This document shows positions 1 through 13,240 of a stretch of DNA of 64,000 nucleotides, in pieces (position 1 is the stretch's first letter; every line of letters starts with the position of its first letter). A model generated the notes under the pieces. The model ran no database searches, was not told where the DNA came from, and saw only the letters and a program-made list of their open reading frames with translations. The translations under genes and the position numbers were made by a program. The DNA comes from the human T2T-CHM13v2.0 reference genome, Homo sapiens: NCBI RefSeq assembly GCF_009914755.1, contig NC_060927.1; one strand, written 5' to 3'.

Positions 1-93
1 GGCGGTGCTGTGCAGCGCTGCGGCCGGACTCACGGGTCCGGAAGCACCATGGACCCCCGGGGAAACGCGCCGGCGGCGAAGGAGCCGAGCCCC
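1..93 (+). other. ZBTB38: Candidate first exon ending at donor CCC|GTAAGT; 5' end undefined
   Basis: GTAAGT at 94-99 inside the CpG island; contains GCACCATGG with ATG at 49. Confidence 0.65.
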
Positions 94-520
94 GTAAGTG
101 CCCCTCGCAGGGTCTTCGCGGGGCCGGGGGCGGGGCGGGGCGAGGCGCGGCCTGCGGGCGCGGCGCCCGTGGCGCCGCCAGCCCGATCGCTCCTCGCTTC
201 TGGAGGGAGCCGGGAAGCCGGGCTGGGGAAACCCTCGCAAGGGTTGAGCTCTGCAAACGCAGCAGAACCGAGCTGCCCGCGGGGAGGAAGCGCCCGCAGG
301 TGCCCGGACTCCGGGGCCCGCGCCCGGAGCGGGGCGGGGCGGGGTGGGTTCGGCTGGAGAGTGCGGGCAGGTTGCGCCGCATCCCGTGGCCCAACTGCGC
401 GGCTGTGCTAGAGGGCGGGGGCCGAGGAGGAATGCGCTCCCGGGGCTGGGGACGTGGTGGGCTCGAGTCCAGCGGGCTCGGGCACTGCTTTGACAGTCAC
501 ACCTCCCGTCTCCTGGATTG
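1..520 (+). promoter_or_regulatory. ZBTB38: CpG island / GC-box promoter region (alternative ZBTB38 promoter); may extend left of the window
   Basis: Very GC- and CpG-rich; tandem GGGGCGGGG Sp/KLF boxes at ~127-140 and ~331-344; followed by consensus + strand splice donors. Confidence 0.85.
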
Positions 521-793
521 GGAATCGGACCCTAGTCCTGACCCTATGGGAACTTGATGATTTCCTTGATGCAACACCAAGCCCCTGGAATTGAAAGGGA
601 CGTGCAAAGGCAGGGACCTGCCCCCAGGGGTTTGCAGTCTCAGCCGCCTACTTCTGCAGTAGTAAGGTCTGCTCTGTTGGTACAACATACAACACAACCG
701 CCCGCCGTTAGCCACTTTTTTTATAGGGTACATCATAAATCACCTGAGATTTTAGTCTGTCCGCGGTTCCACTTTATAACTCCTGCACTGCGG

Positions 794-802
794 TAGGTAA
801 GT
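794..802 (+). other. ZBTB38: Consensus 5' splice site TAG|GTAAGT; candidate end of another alternative first exon
   Basis: Perfect AG|GTAAGT at the downstream shore of the CpG island. Confidence 0.45.
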
Positions 803-1261
803 GCCTAATTCCATTCTGGACGTTGGCCCTAATTGAGTATCCCTTCTAAGGATCGATTATAGGTGATATGTGTTATGGTGCCTTATACATATTTTAAAGG
901 TTAAAGACTTTTCTTCTGTGAAGCTCAACTACTTGGTCAGATTCTCATGGTTACAAAATGTGGAAGAGTTTTGTCCTGGTTTCAGAGAAGCAGCTAGTGA
1001 GTCGCTATATCTAAGTGTAGCGTTTTTCAAGAGTGGGGGACCCATTCTAAGATTGTGGGATCAGTTTAGCGGGTTGCTACTGGAAATCTTCTTAAAGATA
1101 TAGAATATATAGTACAATACAGAGAAGAATAGAAAAAATAACGTGCATTGCACATAGTAAGGGTAAGCATTGTTTTATGAGACTTTTGGTTTTCGGTTTA
1201 TATAATGTAAATTTTTAAAACCGTGGGTCACTGTCTGAAATGTTTTTAAAACCCTGACTTA

Positions 1262-1510
1262 CTGGTTAATAGCCCAGGCCTTGGAATCAATTGAATCTGG
1301 ATTTGAGTCCTAATTGTCACATACACCAGCTGTGTGACCTTGAACAGGTTCCGTGGTCCATTAGAGTCTCCGTTTCTATAGCTGTAAAATGGGGGAATGT
1401 TCCCTACATCTGAAGGTTGTTATGAAGACAACACGAAACCACATATGTCAACCACTTTGTGGGTGTTTGACTTATGTGTTCAATATGTGCTAATTGCAGT
1501 TATTATTGTT
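1262..1510 (+). mobile_element. MIR SINE
   Basis: MIR core-like AGCTGTGTGACCTTG...CTGTAAAATGGGG and matching flanks. Confidence 0.7.
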
Positions 1511-1570
1511 GCTAAAAGATGAAATCCTAGCAGCTAGTCATGGGACACTGCACTTTTTTTTTCTTTTTAG

Positions 1571-1675
1571 ATCTTGATGTGGAAGAAATGGAGGACTCAG
1601 AACCAAGGATTTCCAAGTGATTTCTTCCAAAGCACAGGAATCTCACTCTGTTAAAGCTGGTCTGTTCTAACTGAG
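1571..1675 (+). other. ZBTB38: 105-nt 5' UTR exon of ZBTB38
   Basis: Long T tract plus TTTAG acceptor (1553-1570) and GAG|GTAACT donor at 1676; consistent with my recollection of the ZBTB38 mRNA leader. Confidence 0.8.
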
Positions 1676-2249
1676 GTAACTAAAGTCGCGTCTCTCCTTA
1701 GTCTACATGAGATAGGAAATGGTCTTTCTGAGGGACTCCCAAAGGGTATATGATTCAAGACAGCAATCCACCAAGTTTTGGGGTTACAAAGTGACCATGA
1801 CACTCAAGTGATATGTTACTGGGAGACCGGATGTGTGAAGCCCCCGTGATGAAGGGGAACTAGGAGATCAAGGCTTTAGGACAGCTGGTTTCTTGTTCCA
1901 GTTCTGTCAGCAATTGTCGTGGGGTCTTTTACATGTCTCTTCACAGATCTCTAGTTTCCCTAGGCTGGAAGGATGCACTGACATTGCTGAGGCCCGGAGA
2001 GTTTAAATGACTCTTCAGGGTTACCCAGTGGGTTGGGGTCAAGGCAGGACTGGACCTTGAATCTTCGTTGCTCAGTCACATAGCCAGCTTCAGGGCCTCT
2101 GTGAGGTGAGCGCTCTGCTAGGCACCGAGTATACAAATGTGAAGAGACCATCCCCGGGACACTTGCAGCTGTCGCAGACAAATATTGACGGCCCAGCACA
2201 CTAAGCTCTACCTTGGAGCCATATACAAGGTCCCAGATGGTGACAATAA

Positions 2250-2385
2250 CAACTACCATTTGTCGAGCATTTGTGTGCATGTGTACGCTAGGCAGTGTGT
2301 GAAGGGCTTTAAGCACAGTATTTTTTATTTACCCCTCACGATAGCCCTATGAGGTGAGGAAGAATAGGCGTAAAGGATTGAAATG
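2250..2385 (-). mobile_element. MIR fragment
   Basis: ACTACCATTTGTCGAGCATTT...CCCTCACGATAGCCCTATGAGGT resembles the antisense MIR 3' end. Confidence 0.55.
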
Positions 2386-3479
2386 TGAAAATAGAGACAG
2401 GTCATGGAGAGCTTTGCATCTCATACTGCATGTATGAAGACCCTTCTGTGGGCACAGCTCTGTGCCAGGACTGCAAAGTGCCCGTCCTGGAGGAGCTTGC
2501 AGCCTGATTCCAGAGAGGCACAGTAGGATGGACGGTGCTTGCCATTCACCCCCACCTTCTTCCCCTGCTTCTCCAGCAGTTGCAGAGTGGGGTCCATCGC
2601 AGGGACAGACCAGAGTCATAGACACACCAAAATTCCTACTTCTAAATTCAATTTTTCTTTTTTCTCCACTTAAATCTATACTTCCACCTATCTATTAAAA
2701 CTTATGCCCTCAATTTATAAATGATAGTAAGGCCTTCTCTGAATTCATTCATTTATTTTTCATCAACAAATGTTTATTGAGCTTCTACAAGGCACTTGGG
2801 TACTCAAGACCAGACAGATTTGTTTTTACAATCATATTAGTCATTTCCAGTCTCTTAGCAAAGAATTTGTTGTTCAACTGTTAGCAATTTTCTATTGTTA
2901 ATATGCTAGAATGTCAGCTCCACGGATGTTGGAGATTGACCCATACGTAGAATTCCAAATGGATATATAGGAAAGCCATTTAAAATGTCTTAATATCTTC
3001 AGAAAGGAATTTCACACTTCTCTTTAAAATTTTGATTTTGTCATTCTCGTTACCTGCTTATAGAGGCCTTTTCATTTGTACATTTAACTCATAATCCAAG
3101 AAAAAGCAGTTTGGCAAGGGGGCTTTGTTTGGTTTGAAATGTTCTCTTTTTTTAGCTTTGTAGGCCACAGAAGACTGTGGGTATTCAAAAGTAAAGTAAT
3201 TTAAGAAATATGTTTGTTTAATTTATAAGGTAGAAAATTAGAGATAGCTCTAAGAATTGCAGTAAGCCACAGAAATCAAATCGCAAGACTTGAATACTAC
3301 CTGTAATAACTTAATCCCCAAATAAAACGAATGAGATGTTGAATGTGAACATGCTTTGTAAACTTGAAGGTGTTCTGTGAATGCTGTACAGCATACTAGA
3401 AGTATGACTGTGCTAGAGAGAATGGAGAATTCAGCTGCCACAAAAATCTGGTCTCTTCGCTCTCAGACTCTGTTGAGGA

Positions 3480-4500
3480 AAGAAGATATGCAGAAATAAC
3501 CACGTGATAAATGCAAAAAGAAGATATTTTGGTAATTTGAGGAGGAAGGGGTCCCTTTTATCCCTGGCAGTCAAGAGACTCTTGAGAAAAAGCATCTAAG
3601 CAAGTCCTTGAATGATGTGGCATTTCAATAAAAGAGATGGAGAGGAGGCATTTGAGATAGGAGGACTAGTAGGAGATGGAGAAACTTGGAGCATATTCAG
3701 GGAAAAGCATCAAGTCCAACTGAGTTAGAACTGGTCTATATACAGGCATCAAAACTGGAGAACATTCAGTGCCAAATGATACAGTCTTGAATGCCAACTA
3801 GGAATTGTGAATGCATTAACCAATAGGTGTCATTAAAGGTACTTGAACAGGGGAGTGTTGTGGCTGTGCTTCAGGACCAGGCTCTTGTGAGTAGCTTGGG
3901 GGGAGATCGGGAGGAGAGGCAGGGCAGAAACTAGAGGCCAGAAAGCCAGTTAAGCTACTACAACCCACCAAGGAAAAAGAGGGGCAGAAAAGGCCTGAAA
4001 TGGATGATAACAATGAAATGGGAAAGGAATAGATGCAAAGGGAAGAACTGACAGAATCTGATGTCTCAGTGAAGGAACAGCTAAAGCTGACACTGCGATT
4101 TCCAGAGCAGTGGTACCCATGGAGGAAACTCAGAAGGAGGTAAGGAGCTACATTTTAGAGGTGCTGTGTTTGCAGTGTTGAAGCATGCTGTCTCCCAGGC
4201 AGAAGGGGGCTTTGCGCTCCACAAGAAGGCCAGGGCTCATTTGGGAGTCTTTGGTTTATAAGAAAAAGTCAAGAGATGGGAAAAGAGATTTTTGAGAGAG
4301 AATATAGGGGAAAAATGGTTGAGGATGGAGCCTTTTGAGAAAAGAAAGGAAGATCTAGGGAAGCAGATAGAAGTCTGGCAAGATAGTAAGGAAGAACCAT
4401 GGAGGAATGCAACTCCAGAAGCCAGCGGAAGGGGGTTCCTAATGGAGGGAGCCAGGCATGTCAGACCGTGGAAGGTGAGGGATGAGCTTAGGAAGACTGG
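3480..4500 (-). mobile_element. Degenerate L2 fragments
   Basis: Purine-rich segments typical of antisense L2 (GAGGCAGGGCAGAAACTAGAGGC...CAGTTAAGCTAC). Confidence 0.45.
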
Positions 4501-5249
4501 TGGATTCACAAGTGCAAAGTTACATTGTTGGTGTTTTCCTTTTTAAGGTAATATGACGTGTATGATGAATATTAAGTGGTTTAATTTACACAAATTAAAC
4601 CACTCAAATTTACACAAATCAAGAATCACTCTTAAATTTGTCCCCGGCAAGTCCCAAAACACATTTCTGATTATGAAAATTCAGGCTGTTAAATGTGGTT
4701 TTGATAGTAGTCATACACTGTATTCTGTTGTCAGCATACAAATTAAAGAATATCCCTTAATAGAATTGAGTCCTTTAAAAAATACATTTCTGTTGACTCA
4801 AAAAGTTTCTAACAGTAATGTAATTCCATTGCCTTTTACCATATGGCTATTGTATGACATGTGCGTGTCTGCGCATTTTCACGTGCATATGAGCTTAGTA
4901 CAATGGAATGAGGAGACCGGGGTCAGATAAATCTAGTTTCACAACCTAGCTGGGCCACTTTCCAGACTTGTGACTTTAGAAGAGTTTCTCTCTAAGCCTG
5001 ACTTTTTCCATGCATAACTCATATAGGATTATTTGGAAGACTAATTAATACATAATTTGGTCAGGATTTCTATATACCATAGTAGGTAATTAATTAATAT
5101 TGGTTCCCTTCCCCTCACAACCTTGTATAGATATGTAAATTTATATATTGTGCATCTACACGTAAAGCCTTATCTTTAAGACTCATTTTAATTTTTAATT
5201 TTATCACAGAAAGCACACATCTCCTATTACCACTGATTTATTCTGGGTT

Positions 5250-5355
5250 AGTCCCAGTGATCATCAATTTAGTATGGACAAGAATCCACCTGGGGAACTT
5301 GTCAAAATGTAGATTCCCAGGTGGGGCAAGGGAATCTGCATTTTAAACAGCACTG
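5250..5355. mobile_element. MER5-type hAT-Charlie MITE fragment
   Basis: AGAATCCACCTGGGGAACTTGTCAAAATGTAGATTCCCAGG...GAATCTGCATTTTAAAC. Confidence 0.6.
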
Positions 5356-5874
5356 TCATGGCTGGTGACGAAGATTAACAATTGCCAATTTCTGCGAAGC
5401 AGAGGAAGAGATAAACCTGAGATTTGAGATGCTAGTTTCAACTCCTGTTTCTACTAGAGATATGTCTATACTCAAAATTTTTATATCATTAATGTTAATG
5501 GATTATATGCATAATCAGACAAAAACAAATACGTTCCAGAGAGTCAGGGAATGGTGGTATTATTGCACCCTCCCACCCCGCATCATCTCATTGCTCTCTG
5601 CTGTGTGATCACAGTACTGGGTAACAAGCTGCCTGCAAACCAGTTTCTTTTTCTGGGGAATAAGTGATGACACCCTGTCCCCATGGCCAGAGTTTGCAAA
5701 ACCATTGTAACTTGTTTGTTAGCAATATGTGACAACACTACAGTCATGCCATTAAAGTATTCTACATGACTCTGTCTTCTGGTGGATAAACATCTCTGTC
5801 ATTGTATTATTTCCCTCAATCTCTGCATCTTAAAGTCACTTAATTTTTAGGCTAAAGTTCATATTCTTCATCTA

Positions 5875-6252
<378 letters not shown>

Positions 6253-6683
6253 TTATTCACAACAAAGGATTGAGATATATAGACATGTTTGGTGTTTAAC
6301 TTAGATATGGAAAGTATAAAACATTTGACATGTATATGGAATTGCTCTTTATGTTCTCTATACATAGTTTAGAAATCAGATGACTTATTGGGAATATATT
6401 TATGAAAACTATATTGAGTCATTTTAAAACGATGTCAGCATCCTCTTGCTGGTTTGCCTCTTTGGAGGAGGATGCTGATGGCCTGGAGCCTTTCCTAGAA
6501 ACAGAGTTTCTCTCTCTATACCCACAGCTCCCAAGGAAAGAGGATGGAACTGACATTCATGGAGTTAGGTCTGTACCTTATATGCATTATCTCAGCCATC
6601 TTTTAGAACCTCAGACAACATGGTGTGGCAAGTGAAGCAAAAAGAAACTCAACTACAGCCAAGATTGTAGAGATGGGAGTTTA

Positions 6684-7116
<433 letters not shown>

Positions 7117-10100
7117 TGAGAGGCTCAGAGATCCTCATCCTTAATATTATTGTAACCTCAGAATTTTTGACAAGAAGCAAATGGAGCAGAGATAATGTGC
7201 AAACTTGAATTTGTTCAGCAAATATTTACTTAGTATCAACTACGTGCCAGGTAGGAGATCAGGACCCCACCCTCATGGAGCCTCCCTATATCCCTAACCT
7301 ATCCTTATCTACTGTCTGTGCTGCTGCTGCAAGCCTTTCTTTTAGAGTAAAACACCAATGGAGTTCCACACTGATCAGATCAATCAATTTGTGTCTTGCT
7401 ATAGCTGTCACTGTCACTGTGCTGGGCTAAATGTTCCCAGAGCCTATACCAGTTGAAAGTTTAAAACTGCTCCTTGGGGGATTGCCCAGAGGGCTAAGTA
7501 AATGTTTGTTGATTACCCTCTGAGGCCCTGAGGAACTCTACAGGGGGCTAGGAAAATTGCCCAGAGCCCCTGCAGGGCTGGGTTGGGGTGAGAAGAAAGA
7601 CATTCGTGAGAATCCAGAGGGGAGGCCTAGGAATTGTTCCCAGCATGACTTTGCTTGTTTGGTTTCCTCACCTATAACCAAAGAAGGTTTTGCTCAATGG
7701 TGGCTGTTTCCTTCCGGCTCTAAGGTGTAGTACTTTATTTTCTTTTGAGCAGAAAAGCAGAGGTGCTGGGACAAGCAGGGGCAGGGACTCAGTCTGAGGT
7801 CTCCCAGGGGTCTCAATGTAGTAGCTCCCTCCTGTCCTCATAGATATGCCGATATTAGCCAGACTTTGGGTTCTGCCTTTAACCCTCTACACTTGAGGAA
7901 AGTGCATGAATTTAAGGGTGGGAGATTGTCCACTTTTGAGGGAATGAAGACTCTTACAGAAGGATTGGGACAGGCTGGTAATCATGGTTTTCAAATTTAA
8001 TGCTTACAAGGAACCTGGGAAATAAACTAGCCCGACCTCTTTGCATTCCAGATAAGAAGAGTCCAGAGAAGTCTTAGGACTTGCTCAAGGCCACATCATT
8101 AGTGGCAAAGTGGGAACAGAACCCACTGTCCTAGGCCCAGTCTGCCAGAAAAAGGCAGGTTATCAGAAGAGCAGGAGATGGCAGTCAGCAGCAAAGCTTA
8201 AAGAAGGACTGGCATTGTCCCATGAGAGCAAGCTGACCATGACATCTGCTGGGCTTCCAGCAGACACACGCAGTAGGACACCGTGATGCAAAGCTTCCGG
8301 TCCAGTTGGAGCCCTTGGGTTTTTGCCAATTAAGATAGTCAAGCAAATTTATTTTTGACCTGGGAGAGACAGAAGGCTGTTTTCCATCTTACAAAAGCAT
8401 TTCTCCTCTCTTATGTAAATGAAAATTCCTAAGCTGTATTATAACTTAATATTGAAAGAAATTAAAACATTTACGCAGGGAGAGAGGAAGACCCAGCTTG
8501 CGCACCCCTATTTTTCTGGCCACTACTGTGAGTGTTCATACCAGGATGCATTTTCATGAAAAATCCAGTGGCTGTTTAAGTCCTGGAAGGGTATCTTGGG
8601 ATTATTTCAGCAACCCGTGAAGGCAGGCTTTGTGCAAGGTGAGACAGATATGAGCTGTCACTTCCTGCTTTGTGAGTTGGATATTGTTTCTAGGCCCTGT
8701 TTTATTTATGTTATTTTTCCTGTTCATGTGTTAGAACAACTGACTGTTTGTAGAGTTGATGACAATTAGATAATAAGACCACCAATTCAGTCCAAACAAA
8801 GATGAATTCATTATCTTGCCAGGCAAGGGAGACCCACATATTCAGATCAGTCTCCCCATACTTTTGTGCGTTTTCATGTAAGCATGGAGATTTCCGATTA
8901 GTTTTAATAGCACAGTGATTGGCTCCTAGACACCTAAATGAGGATTTCCTTTTTGAAAAACCTACTCAGCATTCTGATCTGTCCCTGCTTAAACCTATTT
9001 AGTCTGGTCTTATAGTCCCTGACTTGAGCCCAAAGAGCAAGGTTTCTCAAGGTCTCTGTGCAGGTCTTTGATGCTCTTTCGTGGAAGAGATTTACAGTGG
9101 TTACAGCCATAACCGGTGCCTGTGGCTGAACCATGCCTTCTGTAGTGTGTTCAGCCCTTCCCTTGAATTAATGCAAGTTCCACCTTTGCTTTAATGGGAG
9201 GGGACAGAAGGACCACTTTGAGGAAGCGGAGGCAAGAAGATAGTCTGCAAAAGCCATGACGTGGCACTGAAATGAAGCCCTGTGTAGGGTTTTACTCAGA
9301 CGTTAGAGAACTGGCTGCCCCTGAGTGCTGTGCTAACTAGGGAAAGAAAAAAAACCCTGACCTTTAAAATTTTTCCTGTGAAGGTCTAGCAATTCTGGAG
9401 TGTCTTCAGCGACTACACAGTGTAAAGCAACTTTTTGCACAGAAGCACCATAAATTACCTAAATGGAAATTTGCTTCTAAGTGAAGTTCTTACCCTGTCT
9501 GTTGGATATTTAGTATTGTCAATATTTGTTTTTGTTTTTGACATTTTCAGGAAACCAAGAGCTTTTTGTCACATTTGAAGAATCTCTTTTAAGAGTTTCT
9601 TTTCTATTTATAATGCGTTTCTGATAAGAAGATTTGCACCTTTCTCTATTTTAGAAAATACTTTTTGAGGTCTTTTGTTTTTCCTTTTATGAAGTTTAAA
9701 TAGTTGTCTTAACCTCCAATCCTAGCAACTCCCTTACATTAAAAATGACCTATATTTTTTTTCTCCCATGAGGTTCCTTTGCTCAGAGAGAATAAGAAAA
9801 GTTCTGGTAATTAGTCACTGTGGTATTCTGTAAACAAATACTTTGGAAGCTATGATTTATGTTACTGGTCGGGAAGAAAAAAAAATGGTTTTGTGTATCT
9901 CTAGACGATTACCCTTGTGAAAGGCAAGTGCCTCGTATTCCCAAAAGGTCTCTTGGGTGCCCTGTTTGTTGTGTTAAGGTCTCTCAAAGCCGGTGGCCAT
10001 TTTCTGCGAGCTGAATCCCTGTGTGAAACTCCTCCCACTGTGAGGTCTACGAGCATTTGTTTTCTAAAATGAAAGCACAGGCAGAAACTCAAGCTATTCT

Positions 10101-13056
10101 ACAGAACAGTCTGTTCTTTTGATTTTTTTTTTTTTAGATCAGTATATTTAAAGCATAATTTTTCTAAACAACATATTGCGAGTGTTTACCTGCAGTGGTT
10201 TGGAGTTTGTTTGGGGAGTTTTAATTATTTTTTAATGTAGACAACTTATTTACCAACATCATTGCTCCTTCTGCTCAGATAATTCTACCCTAAACCAGGT
10301 GAATAGGGGAACTATGTAGGCACCTGACTACTGCCAGAAACTTTCCTTCTGTTTCTATTACCTTTCTTTTGGGGTGAAATTGGCAACAGCTCACTGGAAC
10401 TTAGCTCCCTTAATATTCTTTCTCCCTCCCACAATTTTTTCCACTCGGTTTTTTTTTTTTATCTGAACCATTGTTCATCCATTTGAAACACTGGCCAGAG
10501 TTTTTGTCGCTTTTCCATAGTAGGAAAGCCTTTGTGCCTCTCTTTGTACCTCAGACCTACTGGTGGGCTTGCCGGACAGCTCTGCCAAGCGCCTGCGTCT
10601 CCTGAGCCTATGAAGAGGCGACTTTCACAATCCTGTGCTGCCTTCGAGCTCTGTGCTGCCAGGCCTGGCCTCCCTCCAGAGGTCGTAGTGTTGCCAGCAG
10701 TGGCTTCAAACTGGAAACATGGGAGGAGGAATTGTGGGAAATGGGGAAGAAGAAAATGTTTGTGCAGGGAAAGTGTGTACGTGGACTTAAATAAATATCT
10801 GAGGGCCCAGGCCCATACAGATGATCTCTGTACGCTGGTATTTTGCGCCTGGAGCCAGGTGTCTGTTGACAGTGGGGAGGAGGTGGGGAAGACCCAGCCG
10901 GCCGAGAGCCTCAGCCACCTTCCTGCAGGAGGTCCTCACACCCCAGACGGTCAGAATGCTCCCCAGACTGAGGAATCAGCTGCACATCCCCCTGATGTCT
11001 CTAAAGCTGAAATCTGCTTCCTGGGTTTAGCCACCATTTTCATTGAGCAGTTCTGAGGATTCCTTGTGGGTACTTGTGATCTTGGTGGAGATGCTTCATG
11101 GTGTTGACCCTATTGTTTTGAATACCTGACAGCTGGATGGTCCAGGCCCTATTTCTATGATCTGTTTTTTGGAACTGTTGTATTTGTGTGACACAGTGAT
11201 GGAGCATGATGTCAACTCCCACATACTGTAACCCAGGAAGGAGCATGATGTCAGCTCAGGATACCGGAACCGATAAAAACTCAGTGAGTGTTGCTTCCCC
11301 CGTTACACACCTGCTCATGATGACTTGTGGGATGCTTGTTTTAAAGGAGAGCTGAGTGCCTCTGATAGAAAATCTGATTTCATGAAATGCTTATTAGGAG
11401 TTAAGTACCCCTTTTTCTTGAAGCTTGAACAGACTTTATCATTAATGTGACTGACTGGAGCAAAGTGAAGAGTTTGATACCTGCCACTCTGTCTCTGAAG
11501 ATTTACGTAGAGAAATTTTCCCCATAGGAATGGACAAACTAAAGGGATCCTTAAGAAATAGTATGTCACCCAAATATATTCTGTGGTAAGGCTTCTCAAC
11601 ACCTGTTCTTCATTAGGACGGAGCACTCTGAGAGTTTTGAAAACTTGAATACTGACATCTCATCATTTAAATTTTAGAAGGACAATGACTCACAGTACAG
11701 AGATTAAAATTTCACAGGCAGAACAAAACCTACATGTGATTTATACTTACGTTTTTATAGACTAAGATCTAAAACTCACATACATACAGGAACAGGAAAG
11801 TAATATGAACATCAAATGTGGGCTTGGTATAAGAAGGTAAGCAAGTGGTTAGATTGTGGCAAACTGGAGGTTTGAAACTTTTTCACACAGATAGGGGCCT
11901 GATGAGAGCGTCTGCAGGCCGAATGGAGCCTATGGACTGCTTCTTGCATGCCAGTTGCACGCCATTTGACTCAGTCCGCTGATCCGAATTCCCTCAGTGG
12001 CAACCTGCCCAGTCTTCTCCTGCAGAGCGTTGGGCTTGAAGCTGTCTAAGGCCCAGCCCAGGGAAAAGTAAAGACCATTGAACCTTCTCCATGTCACCAC
12101 AAATAAGTCAGCCACTTCAGATATAACTATGTCCATTTCATACAGGCAAAGTAATTATGTCAGTGGGGTCAGTAGCAGAGCATAGTATTTGTGTCCAGGG
12201 ACATCTGGAAGGCATCAGACAGAGCAGCCCTGACTAAGTTGCCCAGTGCTCGGTGTACTGATCCCAGGGTGAGACAGGAAGAACATCAGAGGAAGCCCCT
12301 CTGTGTCCAGGCATGTCCGTCTTAAGGCAGCCAGATGGAACCAAGCCTGCAGAGGCTAACCTGGATGGCATCAGGTGATGGATGACAGCAAGGGACAGCA
12401 GATACGTCCTGGTGTACTTGGTCTTTGGTATGTTTGGTCCAAGGATGTTTTCTGAAATATCAAACAGTGACTCCTTAACTAGGCCTAGACTGGGACAATC
12501 TGAGGATTGTCCTCTCTGCCTCTGTTGACACTTTATTGACCTTCCACACACCCTGGAATTTACAGTGCTTTCCCTCTTTTCTGCATATCTTTTAACCCTG
12601 CCCTTTCTTTCTCGGTGCTGAGTCATAATGTCTTTGACGCACATAGCACAGGGCCTGGGATGTAAAAGGTGCTCAGTCAATGTTAGCTTTTCTTGTTTCT
12701 GGCATCATCATCATCATCTTCTCCATTCTAGCTATTATTTCACCAGAGGTCAGGGAACTTGGTTTCCCTACACTCCATTTAAACCACATCTTCAGGGGTA
12801 CCTCAGCCATCTCCACCCTGACATAGATGAAGACGGACCAGACATACAAGAACCTTTTCTGGAATCTGTCCTGTTTACGTCACCCATTTTCGTTGTAGGA
12901 GTTGGGCTTTTATTAGAAATGCAAGTTTCTGCCATTATAAGTCAAGTTGTAGGGCTTATGCTGTGTGGGCTGGACTCTAGGGGGGCCAGGGTGGAATCAT
13001 TCTAGAAACTTGTTCCAGGATGACTTGACCAAAGAAAAGCCATCAGATGCTGTTGC

Positions 13057-13240
13057 AGTGGAGTCCTGACATTTGCTACCCCCAGTGTGGTCCTCAGACT
13101 GGCAGCATGGACATCCTCTGGGAGTCCGTTAGAAATACAGAGCCTCGAGCCCTACCCCAGACCCGCTGTGTCAGAAAATGCACTTAACAAGATCCTCAGC
13201 TGACTTACACACATTGACATTTGAGGAGTGCTGCTCTAGA
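13057..13240. mobile_element. MER5A-type DNA transposon
   Basis: AGTGTGGTCC...GCAGCAT...GTTAGAAATACAGA...CCCTACCCCAGACC...TTAACAAGATCCTCAG...TTTGAGGAGTGCTG. Confidence 0.7.

Noticed and set aside
10-557. GC-rich ORFs of 133 and 85 aa in the CpG island
   Set aside because: Stop-poor GC-rich sequence with GTG starts and low-complexity G/R/A/P content; they read through the donor at 94.
10532-11056. 174-aa intronic ORF
   Set aside because: Non-ATG start, no recognisable domain and no coding-like composition.
12628-13005. 125-aa ORF with a poly-His run
   Set aside because: The His run comes from a short (CAT)n repeat at the end of an L2-like fragment; there is no domain or exon structure.
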